From assembly GCA_051546255.1 (NCBI GenBank), contig CP128816.1, positions 1 through 64,000 of the forward strand: 64,000 nt of DNA, given 5' to 3'. The position numbers were made by a program, and so were the translations under genes. Numbering within the stretch: position 1 is the first letter of the stretch; each line of letters starts with the position of its first letter. The notes beneath the pieces were generated by a model. The model saw nothing but the letters and a program-made list of their open reading frames with translations. It had not been told where the DNA came from and did no database searches. This DNA comes from Meyerozyma guilliermondii (taxonomy: Eukaryota). Positions 1 through 11,483 of the stretch are shown here, piece after piece.

Positions 1-384
1 TAGTACACCAGTACACCAGTACACCAGTACACCAGTACACCAGTACACCAGTACACCAGTACACCAGTACACCAGTACACCAGTACACCAGTACACCAGT
101 ACACCAGTACACCAGTACACCAGTACACCAGTACACCAGTACACCAGTACACCAGTACACCAGTACACCAGTACACCAGTACACCAGTACACCAGTACAC
201 CAGTACACCAGTACACCAGTACACCAGTACACCAGTACACCAGTACACCAGTACACCAGTACACCAGTACACCAGTACACCAGTACACCAGTACACCAGT
301 ACACCAGTACACCAGTACACCAGTACACCAGTACACCAGTACACCAGTACACCAGTACACCAGTACACCAGTACACCAGTACAC
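1..384. repeat. Telomeric repeat array, 8-nt unit (CAGTACAC)n on the + strand, (GGTGTACT)n on the G-rich strand; left chromosome end
   Basis: Perfect tandem 8-mer from position 2 to 384 (about 48 units) at the window start. C-rich strand on top, with the Rap1-type GGTGT core. Confidence 0.95.
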
Positions 385-1190
385 TTGCGCTTCTGCGTCG
401 GAGATAGCGTATGTTTTCAGTTCCGGTCCTTCCATACATTCCCTTACCTTTGCAGCTATGCGCTACGCACAAAAAGCGTCCAAGATGCATAAGTTTGGGT
501 GGAAATTTTTTGGGAGCGACATTGCAAGTGTGGATAGCGACAACTTGAAGGGTGGGAAACGGCGAATATTTGTGTTCTTTTTGTGGTTCCGTAGCGTTTA
601 TAGTTGTGGAATTGTTGTCAAAAAATGAATTACTTTAAAGATCTCTTACACGTAATCATGCATTTGTCCGAGGGCGCGGTGCATTCACCCAATCGAGGGC
701 GTGTTTGTTGATCCGACCGCCAGTAGCGGTGGCGGTCGGTCATGTAGTACATCGGTAAACTGCTTCGTCGGAGATATCGTATAAATTATGTGTTTGGGTG
801 CTTCCATGCATTTTATTATGCACCCTTGATTCCATTAAAGCATGAGGTTTCAAACCGATTCACCACTAGGATAAAATCTGTCAAATAACGGTGAATCTTT
901 ACTTGTATATTTTTGCCCGTTACGATGTGTCAAGCGCCGCACCAAAATGGCTGCAAATTTGATTAGATGATATAGCTGGTATATTTAAGCTTGACAAAGA
1001 AGGGTAGCTGCAACAATTTCCAATCTTATATAGAATCGGTTTAATCTATCATTTAGTGCTCCGCGTGGATCTCTAATTCACCACGTCAAGATGAATTATC
1101 CAGCATTGAGCCGGGAAAGAGTTGAAACTCACAATGGCAGCTCCGTGCTTATTTGAAAGGGTATTAGTTGTTCTTCACACGTTCTGAAAC

Positions 1191-3275
1191 TCATGGAAAA
1201 CGTCTGTAAATGTCTGTACCAGGATACCTGTGTAGTTCTTTTATTTCACATGGCCCATCACAATATTCTAAAACTTGAAAATTGACTGGCATTTTCGAGA
1301 GGTCTATCACTTTAATATTATAACCATCTAGACGTAGCTGTGTGAGTCTCTCAGCTCCAATTAGATCAAATGAAAACTTCTTAAACCCAGTGAGTGAGAA
1401 ATCGAGAAACTTTAGCTCCAGCTTCTTTGATATCGCAAGACTTGAAAGTTTTGGATTTTCATCAAGGTATAAAGTTTCAATATGAGACTTGATTTTCAAT
1501 GATCTCAAATCATTACCTCCCAAATCTAAAAAAGTAAGTGTTTGCGGAATGGTGAGCTTATTGATGTGTTTCAAGTGATTGCTGTCTAATTCTAGTGATT
1601 TCAAGCCGAGGGGGAGCTCGATCATTGTGTCGTCGACTATATTCAATTCACAAGTGCTCAAAATCAATTCTCTCAATTCTGATCCTTTGGCAAATTTGAC
1701 TCCACGCATACTCGACAAGTTTGATTCTCTAAAGTTTAGTTCTTGAATTGATGATGGGAATGTGTAGTTCCTAGGAGCTCCAAAACCAGCTCGCGAGAGG
1801 TCTAAAACTTTTAAATTAGGAGGCAATTCAGACATTATGGGAAGATATAGTACATTGTTGCTGAGAATAAGGACTTTAAGACAAGCTGGGAGTTTGGGAA
1901 TTGTAAAAAGCTTATTTTCATCCAAGTCAATATGCTCAAGAACGGGAGCTTCAATCTCAACTCTCTTTAAAATATTTCTTTCCAAGCTTAAGAATTCACA
2001 GCAAGGAAGAACGGCTTCGAAAGATGAAAGGTTATTTCTTGCAAGTGAAAGTCTCTTCAATCGGGCAGGTTTTAGCCATCTGACTGTCAGTGTAATGTTA
2101 CAATTCTCTAGTTTGAGGTCAACTAAGTTGGGAGGAAATTTAACTTTGGCTATATTTTTGAACAGACGATCCGTAATCGAAAGTTTGACCAAGTTGGGCG
2201 GAAATTTTAAACTGTCGATCACACCTGGCAGCACCAATGTAAGGCTGAGCAAGTTGGGCGGTAATTCAAAACTGTTGATGTTATCTGTTGGCAGCTTTAA
2301 CGTAAGTGATGTCATCTGTGTAAAAGCAGGCAAATTTTCGAAGCTTCCACCATGGTAGGAATATAATGAGCGTAGCAGCCTGGGAATTGTAGACGACATT
2401 GAACCAGAAAATCCAAGACTTGTCAATTCCTTGCCGAGCTTGGAGTAGATTTCTCCCTCTATTACCCCGCGATTTTCATAGTCGTCTCTTCCGTATCGAG
2501 GGGTATACGAAAAATGTTCCAAATCTTTCCTGAGTAGTCGTAGTAGCAAGGAACAGTCGGAAGGTTCTAGTGCGTTTTCTAGAGCCAACACTGTGAGAGC
2601 TTCTAGCTTTGGATGATTTTCATTCATCTCTATACTGCACCATCTTGTTACCAACTTTTTCAAATTAACTGGTAATGTGCTGAAAGTCACCTCTTTAAGA
2701 TACAAGTTCCTCAATCTGGGGTGGTTGTGGTCAACTGTTATAACTACCTCATCGCCATAAAAAGTCTCCAATTTCGGAAAATTATTCAAATCGATATTTT
2801 GGCTCAGATGACCATAAGAATTTTTTAATGAAAGGCAAGTGACGTTGAGATTGATATCATGGTCTGAAAAGAAAGGATAGTTTTGAAACGCAGATCCTAT
2901 GAAGTCGCCATGGATGCCCAATTCTTGGCCATTGTAAATTGACTTGATTTCGTCAAGACTTTGGTGCATTTGAGAGATATTTTCCCAGATATAATGGAAC
3001 CAAAGAGGACATTTGAGTGACTTTTCTTCAAGGTTTTTGTGTATGCGTACAAACCGGTCGAAATCAGTTTCATAGTGGGCTTCAATACCTTCAATTTTAT
3101 TAATTTCGTATCTTCGAAAGCGCTTGAAATACCATAAACTATTGAGGTTATCAGCTGCAGCTTCAAGAATGATATCAGGAATGTTCTCCAATAATACTAT
3201 GTCGGTGAGGAGATCTGTGCTCAAGTAGGAAAAGCAACGCGAGAGTATTTCACGAGGTAAGTCATTTAGTCTCAT
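1191..3275 (-). CDS. F-box plus leucine-rich-repeat protein (IFA/LPF-like subtelomeric family), 694 aa
   Basis: N-terminal F-box signature (LNDLPREILSRCFSYL). Many LPxNLxxLxL and LxLxxNxL LRR units. Confidence 0.8.
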   Translation of the reverse strand: MRLNDLPREILSRCFSYLSTDLLTDIVLLENIPDIILEAAADNLNSLWYFKRFRRYEINKIEGIEAHYETDFDRFVRIHKNLEEKSLKCPLWFHYIWENISQMHQSLDEIKSIYNGQELGIHGDFIGSAFQNYPFFSDHDINLNVTCLSLKNSYGHLSQNIDLNNFPKLETFYGDEVVITVDHNHPRLRNLYLKEVTFSTLPVNLKKLVTRWCSIEMNENHPKLEALTVLALENALEPSDCSLLLRLLRKDLEHFSYTPRYGRDDYENRGVIEGEIYSKLGKELTSLGFSGSMSSTIPRLLRSLYSYHGGSFENLPAFTQMTSLTLKLPTDNINSFELPPNLLSLTLVLPGVIDSLKFPPNLVKLSITDRLFKNIAKVKFPPNLVDLKLENCNITLTVRWLKPARLKRLSLARNNLSSFEAVLPCCEFLSLERNILKRVEIEAPVLEHIDLDENKLFTIPKLPACLKVLILSNNVLYLPIMSELPPNLKVLDLSRAGFGAPRNYTFPSSIQELNFRESNLSSMRGVKFAKGSELRELILSTCELNIVDDTMIELPLGLKSLELDSNHLKHINKLTIPQTLTFLDLGGNDLRSLKIKSHIETLYLDENPKLSSLAISKKLELKFLDFSLTGFKKFSFDLIGAERLTQLRLDGYNIKVIDLSKMPVNFQVLEYCDGPCEIKELHRYPGTDIYRRFP

Positions 3276-3527
3276 GAATAGTGTAAGAGTTGAAGTTCAA
3301 GTTCGCTTAGGGAGAATTGTGATCTGTGCAGGATCGTGGCTGCAAATTCCACATTTACCAATGTGAAAAGAGAAGTGGGGAAGAAACAGAGCCATTGAGC
3401 ATTGAGGTTCATCATATGGTTCATTCTTACAATAAATTTTCATGTTTGCATAATGTTACAATTTTGAAAAATCTATAAAATTCGCATTATCTTCCTCATC
3501 ACACTTAACTATACAGCCATGGCAGCC

Positions 3528-5629
3528 CTAATATCGAAGGCTAATCCTAGCCATAAGAGGTCCGTAGATGTATGATTGGCCCGTATCGGGTTCTTTCAAT
3601 GTACAATTTCCACCATCTTGATGTTCTAGAATCTGAAAATTGGCTGGCATACTCAAAAGATCAATCATTTCAAGCTCAGCACCTAGACGTAGTTGTGCGA
3701 GTTTTTCAGCTCGAACCATTTCAAACGAAAAGGATGTAAGTCCAACACCTTCAAGATCAAGAACTCTTAGCTCCAGATCCTCATGTACCACAAAGTTGTC
3801 TTCTATTGGATTATAATCAAGATAGAGTGTCTCAATATGAGACTTGACTTCAAATGATTTTAAATCGTTTTCTCCCAAGTCTAGAAATGTAACTGATTGT
3901 GGAATGGTGAAACCATCTATGTTTTGCAAGTCCATTCCACGCAACTTTAGTGCCTTCAAACCTGGGGGGAGCTCAATCATTCTGTCGTGGATAGTAGTTA
4001 AATAATCTTCGTCCAATGAACTTAGTATAGATTTGCTCAATATCAATTCTTTCAATCTTGACCCTTTGGCAAATTTGACTCCACTCATACCTGACAAGTC
4101 CAAGCCCGTAAAGTGAAGTTCTTCAATTGATGATGGGAATGTGTAGTTTTGAAAAGCTCCAGTTCCAGCTCCCGAGAGTTCTACAAGTTTTAAATTAGGA
4201 GGCAATTCAGACATCTTGGGAAGATATAGTCCAAATCTTCCGAAACTAGGGACTTGAAGACATATTGAAAGTTTGGGAGTCGAAGTCAACTTATTTGTAG
4301 TCAAATCAATATGCTCAAGGAAGGGAGCTTCAATTTCGACTTCCGTTAATTTATTGCCTCTCAAGTTCAAAAATTCACAGCAAGGAAGAAGCGCTTTGAA
4401 AAGCTTATTTCCTGCAAGTGAAAGTGTCTTCAATTGAGCTGGTTTTAACCAGCCGGTGGTCAGAGTAATATTACATATCTCTAACTCAAGGTCGACAATT
4501 TCAGACGGAAAATTGATTATGGCCAAGTCTTTGAACTTAGCAGACCTAATAGAAAGTTTGACCAAGGTGGGCGGAAATTTTAAGCTGTCAATCTCATCTC
4601 TTGGGAAATTCAATGTAATGCGGAGCAAGTTGGGCGGTAATTCACAATTGTTGATGTCTGATGGCAACTTCAATGTAAGAGAAGTCATCTGTGTAAAAGC
4701 AGGCAAATTTTCGAGGCTTCCACCATTCAAGGAGTATAATGAGCGTAGCAGCCTGGGGATCCTAGTCGAAATTGAACCAGAGAATCCGAAACTTGTCACT
4801 TTGGGGCCGAGCATTGATAAAATTTCATCCTCCTCTATTATCACACGATATTCATCATTCTTTATTTCACGTTGATTGATATACGAAAAATGCTCTAACT
4901 CTTTGTTCCAGAGTTCTCTGACTAGGGAGGGGTTATCAGAAGGTCCGACCATGTTTTTTAAATCCAACACTGTGAGAACAGGTAGTTTTGGTTGGTCCTC
5001 GTTCATCCATATCCAGCTCTCTTATGCAACTAACTTTATCAAATGATTCGGTAATGCGCTGAGAGTCCCTCCCACAAGATTAAGGCTCTTCAAGCTGGAG
5101 TGAGTATTTTGCATTTAAGGCCATAAAAAGTCTCCAACTTTGGAAAATTATTCAAATCGATACAACTAGTAGTACTCAATGAAAGGCAAGTGATTTTGAG
5201 ATATATCTCATGGTCTAAAAAAATAGGATAGTATTGAAATGCCTTGTCATTGAGGTCCACATGGATGCCCAATTTTTGGCCGTTGTAAACTAGGTTGATT
5301 TCATCGAGGCATTTGTGCATTTGAGAAATGTTGCTCCATACATAATGGAACCAGAGAGGGCAATTGACTGACTTTTCTTCGAAAATCTTGTGTATTCGTA
5401 GAAATCGGTAGAAATCCGTTTCATAGTAAGCCTCATTACCTTCAAATATAGCTTCAATTGTATAGAATTGAATACGCTCTGAATACCATAAATGGTTAAG
5501 ATGGTCAGCTACAGCTTAAACTATATGATCAGAAAAAATCTCCAGTAGTATTATGTTGGTGAGCAGCTTTGTGTCCAAGTAAGAAAAGCAACTTGAGATT
5601 ATTTCATAAGGTAAAGAATTGAGGCTCAT
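3528..5629 (-). pseudogene. Disabled tandem paralog of the F-box/LRR gene
   Basis: ATG at 5629 (MSLNSLPYEIISSCFSYL) aligns with the intact copy. In-frame TAA at 5516-5518, a frameshift near 5105 and a second TAA near 5021. The 3' part survives as ORF 3528..5006. Confidence 0.85.
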
Positions 5630-6790
5630 TATCAAACTTTCAGGGGTCCATGTGGAAAAAAAAGGTGTTCAGATAATGTGTTATGGTGCATCAAGGTACG
5701 CCACACCGCATGAGGCATATACTTCCCAACACCACTTCACGTTGCACCCTACCAGCTGGAACTAAATAGCACGACAAACCGGTATAATTCAAACCCAGAA
5801 GTTCTTACTGAATGCTGATCTTTGCTTGGGTCCAAATTTCGAGTGAAAATAAGCTACTTGATTTCAATAACCCTTTTTGACACATACCTGATCAGTTAAG
5901 TCACTCAATCCTCAAAAGAGTTAACTGCACTTAAGTCAACTATTGCCGGTGATTGAGCAAGTTGTCAGTTTATGTGACAGGAGGTGAAGGTCACTACCTC
6001 CAAAGTGTAAGTCTCTAGATGCTATTCCTTTGGTTACCTGAGTCAAATATATAGACGTATTATAGATTTGCACGCTTTCAAACTACGCCAATCTCTGAAT
6101 ATTGGGTGTAAGAAGTTAATGCTATTAACTCAAAGCATCCTTCTACCAAAATCTTCACTTAAAGCAGCATATACGCTTTATGTTGTTAGATACAGGACCT
6201 TTGGCTGCAAATTGCAAAAACTATAATTTTCGCGATTGGAAAGATTAGTACGAGATTAAGAAGGCAAGTCCCTTCGATTGATTGCTGAAGTTTACTCCAC
6301 GTTCTCTTTTACTACTTATACCGCAACACTATTCGTCTCAGATGTGTGCCGCGCAAGCCAAGCGACACGATATTGGTATCGTAGTTGACACAAAGTAACC
6401 CTGGGTGAGAAAGATGTCAGTACGCCAGTACCTTATAATGAATGCTAATTATACCTCAGCATTTATTTCCTGTTCTCATGCATGATCCCTCATACCTTGG
6501 CGTCATTAGATACCAAATGCCTTTTTCGACCAATTTTACTTGGCGGCTATCAAGTGATGAAAGTCGATGCCACTAGCATTTCACTTTTAGGCGTTAATTG
6601 CCAGAATAGTCACATCCGCTACAGTGTTACTCTCCTCCACCTTCTGGCTCACTGAATTTGCAACCGATTGCGCGAAATAGCGGGGTATATGCAGTCCACT
6701 GATAAGAGCGGAGGTTGATATGGAAGGTCGAGTCGCGGGTGCGAAATTGATGAATTAGTATAAAATGAATCTCCTCCAGTGAATGCTCTA

Positions 6791-8419
6791 ATGAGCATTG
6801 AGACAGAAAAAAAGAATCAGTCGGTACAGGTTGACATAGAAGAAGTGAAATCTCAAGCACAAGCTTTGGTTGTGCAAAATAAAGATGGAGAAGAAATTAA
6901 GCGTGCCCAAATTGTAGATCAACCAACGACTACAAAATGGGAAGTTTTGATGTACGCACTCTACTACTTTGGAAATAATGCTACTGGTCCTTATACTTTT
7001 ACTCCAACTCAGTATCAGAATTTATTGAGTCAATCTGGTTGGATCAAAGGGAAGCGAAACGTTTCATGCTCGGATGATCCAAATGGGCTTTGTGTGGTAT
7101 CTTTTGCCGGTACGGTCAAGACAGTCAATTCAGTGGTATTGATTAATCTGGGAATTGGGTTTGCGTTACAGTCGGTAGTTTTCTTGTTTCTTGGAGGTTT
7201 GTCTGATTATGGTCAATATGGTTCATGGGTACTCATTGGCCTTTCAATTATGAGTTGGGGAGTTCAATTTGGTTTCTTAGGTGTGCATGACGGAAGGAAA
7301 CATGAAGCAGCGTTTGCATTGAGTGTGTTATCGTCATTGGGGTATCAAGGTTGTCAATCATTTTGGACTGCAATGTTTCCACGTTTGGCAAGAAATTTGC
7401 CCAAGACAAGAGCCGCCGAAGAAAAAATGCTCAACGGTGAAATCCTGGAATCTGAATATCACAAGGTGGACTCATACTATCGTAACAAAATCACCAATTA
7501 CAGTTTTGCTTTTTCAATGTTTGGTTTCACACTCGTATGTGCCATTTCAATTGGAATATTAAAGTCAATGGATTCTACTGCCAATCAAGCAAATAATAAT
7601 TGGGCAATGTCTGTGTGTATTATGTTTGCAACTATTTGGTGGATTGTATTTGGTACTCCCTGGTTTTTCACTGAAAAGAAAAGAATTAATGAAAAATTAC
7701 CCGAAGGTGTGAGCTACTTGAGCTTGCCTTTGAAACAATTGGGATATGCGTTTAAGAGCTTCCTGAAGTTGAGGCAAACTGCTCTATATTTGTTCTCCTA
7801 CTGGTTATTAGGTGACGGTTTGAACACTGCTATAAGTCTTCAATCGACTATTCAAAACGAAGTCATTTCTTATAATATGGTCACTTCCATGTACTTGAAC
7901 ATTGTTAACGGTGTTACCAGTGTGATAGGGGTGGTAATGTTTTGGTGGATCCAGAAAACGTTCAAAATTTCTACAAGAAACATGTACATTGTGTGCTCTG
8001 TTTTCATCACCTTGTTCCCAATTTATGGATTGATTGGAATGTGGACAAACAGAATTGGTTTCCACAATATTTGGGAAGAATGGTTCTATAACGCTTATTC
8101 TGGGATATTCATTGCTCCTTATTATGCATACTCATCAACAATGATGAGTGAAGTTTGTCCAAGAGGAAAGGAATTCGTGTTTTTTGCTATTTTCAGCACC
8201 ATTAACAAAACCTCCAGCTTTATTGGTCCTTTTGTTTCTTCCGCCATCATTGATGACACAGGAAACAATAATAGTGGCTTTTCATTCCTTGTGGGAATAT
8301 GCTGTGTGTCATTGGCATCTTCATTTTTCTTGAATCAAGACAAAGCGAGAGTCCAAGCTGAAGAATTCTTGATTGAAGAGAAAAGACGGATAGCAAACGG
8401 CGAATCGCTCATCTTCTGA
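6791..8419 (+). CDS. Atg22-like MFS (vacuolar amino-acid effluxer family)
   Basis: About 12 hydrophobic segments. Motifs LGGLSDYG, MFPRLARN, PRGKEFVFFAIFSTINKTSSFIGP. First in-frame ATG at 6791 (the track start is GTG). Confidence 0.8.
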   Translation: MSIETEKKNQSVQVDIEEVKSQAQALVVQNKDGEEIKRAQIVDQPTTTKWEVLMYALYYFGNNATGPYTFTPTQYQNLLSQSGWIKGKRNVSCSDDPNGLCVVSFAGTVKTVNSVVLINLGIGFALQSVVFLFLGGLSDYGQYGSWVLIGLSIMSWGVQFGFLGVHDGRKHEAAFALSVLSSLGYQGCQSFWTAMFPRLARNLPKTRAAEEKMLNGEILESEYHKVDSYYRNKITNYSFAFSMFGFTLVCAISIGILKSMDSTANQANNNWAMSVCIMFATIWWIVFGTPWFFTEKKRINEKLPEGVSYLSLPLKQLGYAFKSFLKLRQTALYLFSYWLLGDGLNTAISLQSTIQNEVISYNMVTSMYLNIVNGVTSVIGVVMFWWIQKTFKISTRNMYIVCSVFITLFPIYGLIGMWTNRIGFHNIWEEWFYNAYSGIFIAPYYAYSSTMMSEVCPRGKEFVFFAIFSTINKTSSFIGPFVSSAIIDDTGNNNSGFSFLVGICCVSLASSFFLNQDKARVQAEEFLIEEKRRIANGESLIF

Positions 8420-8906
8420 TGTAGCAACAAACTTTTTTTGTCATTGTTTTAATTCAGTAGCCAGGTGCTATATACAATTTAGTTTTATTGAAATTCGATG
8501 TTTATCAAGTGTGATATAGGTTAAGAAAGTAGAGTTCAAAAGCTACTTTCGCCAATTCCCGAGTGGTTGCAATCAACTGAATGCATTAGAGCACCAGAAA
8601 TTAAGACATTAAACTTGGGGTAAAATTAAGACTCAAGAGAATACGTTGGTAGTGTTTCTCATAAGAAGTTCGGCAATGACTGCTTAATATATTCTCTTCT
8701 CTCCATATATTTTTCTTCTTTATGATGGTGAATTGTGTGAATTTGTCATTGGCTGCAGATTTCATAATTTCCTAATAGTCCTCATAAATTTCTATAAACT
8801 CTAATTTATTATTTGTAGCCTGTATTGAACACCTCGTGAGACTACTTGAAAAATGCCTTGGCAAACATTTGATATTCGCTCAATTATCACAAATTCTTTG
8901 CAATCG

Positions 8907-10424
8907 TTAATTGGCCATTTTGGATTTGGACCGTATAATGGACCCATATCTGTAAAAGATGAATGGAACTGGAACCAAGACGAGAGAGAAACACCCAATT
9001 AGAGTAGTCCCCCATTTTATCAGCATGGCTGCAAACATCTGGTGAGCAAAGAGAGGAAATGCCCCGCCAAATCCAGCTCGTAAAAATGCATTCAGTGCTA
9101 ATGCCGATGCCGAAATATGCAAATATACATCGACAATGTATGTAAGGCAAGGAAGAAATACCGTGATCAATCCAGCACCAACAAATACTAGACCAAGGGT
9201 AGGAACGATCCAATGAACAGAAGTTGTCCATCCAAACCAAAACATGCCAATTGGAAAGAGAATTGAACCCACAAGCATTGGAGGAAGCCGATCTTCTGGT
9301 CCATTTTTTTTCTTGTTGTCGAAAAAAATTATAATTAGTGTACCAAAAATAATTCCAATGAACAATGCAAGATATGGGAGATTCTCCGTTTCACCAAGGT
9401 ATCCAAAAGCTAACGGAATTGCTGTCAAAAGTAAATAAAGTATCCCATACATGAATGCATTGTATAAACTTACCAATGCAAGAATTGGTTCTGAGACCAA
9501 CATTTTGAGCGGCCGAGCAATATTATACTGGAATATCTCCTTTACACTCAATGATACTTCTTCATGAGCGGCATAGATAGCTCTGTTCCCTGTTCTTCTG
9601 CGTAATTCTTCAGCTCTCTGAGTCAATAAAGTCGGATGATGTGATTCTTTGAACCATAATAAGAGCATAAATGAAACACAACCGAAAAATCCAGCAAAGT
9701 AAAGGTTCCATCTATAACCCAAATTGCTGGTTGTATAGCCTCCAATGATAGGAGCAATCATTGGTCCACTAAATATAATCAAGCCAAATCCACTCATGGC
9801 AATTCCTCTTTGTGATTTTGGAAACATATCAGATAAACTCGATGGAGTTACCACTGCTGGAGCACCACCAATAAACCCACAAAAAAACCGACAAATCATA
9901 AGGGTTTGAATATCTTTTGCTGTAGCAGCTCCAAATGCAAAGCATAAATAACCAAATGCTGAAAGAAGCAAGATTGGTCTTCGACCATAAAGTTCTGATA
10001 GTGGACCCCAAATCACCGGACCAGCTGCAAATCCAAAAATGAAAAGAGAAGTGGATAGAGTTGCAACTGTGTGACAGACATGGAAAACCTTGGCTATTTC
10101 TTTGGTGCTAGGTGCAATAATAGCTGAACCAATTTGGATATTGAAAGGTGCCCACAAAATTGAAATTGTATTCACCAACTTTTTCTTTAATGGCCAATTC
10201 AATGGACACAATGGATCATCCGCTTCAAAAATAACTAGATCGGAAGTTATTGGGGGTAAGGGTTTATCTGAACTCTTTGCTTCTTTTATCAAAATTTCAG
10301 AATTGGTAATTTTTCTACTAATTGTTCTTGAAAGTTCAAGTTCATTATTTGATTCCTTATTCTCTGTTAAGGGGTAAGCCTCGAGGTCTGTGCTCGAGGT
10401 CGAACTGATAGAAGAATCATCCAT
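8907..10424 (-). CDS. MFS drug:H+ antiporter, DHA1 family (TPO/FLU1/MDR1-like)
   Basis: Motifs DDPLCPLNWP, GPLSELYGRRP, RFFCGFIG, PEDRLPP, FPLFAHQMF. Confidence 0.9.
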   Translation of the reverse strand: MDDSSISSTSSTDLEAYPLTENKESNNELELSRTISRKITNSEILIKEAKSSDKPLPPITSDLVIFEADDPLCPLNWPLKKKLVNTISILWAPFNIQIGSAIIAPSTKEIAKVFHVCHTVATLSTSLFIFGFAAGPVIWGPLSELYGRRPILLLSAFGYLCFAFGAATAKDIQTLMICRFFCGFIGGAPAVVTPSSLSDMFPKSQRGIAMSGFGLIIFSGPMIAPIIGGYTTSNLGYRWNLYFAGFFGCVSFMLLLWFKESHHPTLLTQRAEELRRRTGNRAIYAAHEEVSLSVKEIFQYNIARPLKMLVSEPILALVSLYNAFMYGILYLLLTAIPLAFGYLGETENLPYLALFIGIIFGTLIIIFFDNKKKNGPEDRLPPMLVGSILFPIGMFWFGWTTSVHWIVPTLGLVFVGAGLITVFLPCLTYIVDVYLHISASALALNAFLRAGFGGAFPLFAHQMFAAMLIKWGTTLIGCFSLVLVPVPFIFYRYGSIIRSKSKMAN

Positions 10425-11483
10425 AAATTCAATTGAGAGCGAAAAGAGTTTATATGACTGGTGATGCCATCAGGTGACTATTTAGATCCCTTTTGGGAAA
10501 GTGACTAATAGATAAGAACGAGACTATCTGAAAATGACTTTTTTGCTGATGTGGTGCCAAGCTATAACAGAGATTATTCTGGAAGTGGGTTAAGACTGTC
10601 TTGTGATTTTCTTTGATTGACTGGCTCTGCAGCAAAATGAGTCTTTGCAGAAAAATCTGGCATTGCAGCAAGTGCGGCTCACCAGATCTTTCACAGTCTC
10701 GAATTTCAGAACAGTAAAATTCTGCCTTTATAATTCACCAGTGACCAAGTACAGTCAGTGGAGCTTGCAACGTTGTAAGCAGATAGACAAGTGTAATTTT
10801 GGATGTTCAATTGCTCTTTTGAGGTCCTGCGTGCATGAATTATAAGGTCCTGTTGATGAGTCGGGCATTTTTTTCTTCCAGCTTTCAGTACTAAGTATTG
10901 TGAATCATCTTCCTCTTTAAACAACAATACTTCACGGTCCATTGTCAAGCAATGACAGAGGAACTTGAAGTTGAGAGGGTGAAATGTTGAGACAGACCTC
11001 ACCTCTCACAGTAGCGGTAAGCCTCTTCAGATTCTCCACTATAACAGTTCAACGTTTCGTTGAAAATATTGTATAGAGAGTAAGACTTTCATTTCATAAT
11101 TCTTCCAAGACATTTTCATCCATACAAAATGAACCCATTTGTTAAAGCACTACTATCAAGGTTAATGAAAATTACAATCATTTAGCTGCAAGCTAAGAGC
11201 TAAGAAAATTCCTTGTACTATCGACTTGGACAAAGACACTTCTACAATCTCTAGGCTTGGATGAAATCTTGAAGGTGTAAATTCGTGCCTTTGAGCTGGT
11301 ACAGCTGAAGAGGTCGTGCTGCACAAATGGATAGTTCAAATAGCTGGGCTATATTTCAGCCGAAGATTTGAAGGAGCTGATGAGTTAGATTGCCAAGTTC
11401 AAAGATCTGTCGACATTACAGCGATCACATAACTCACATTTTCATTTTCATGATTCATCGTTCTCAATTAGTACATTCATATC

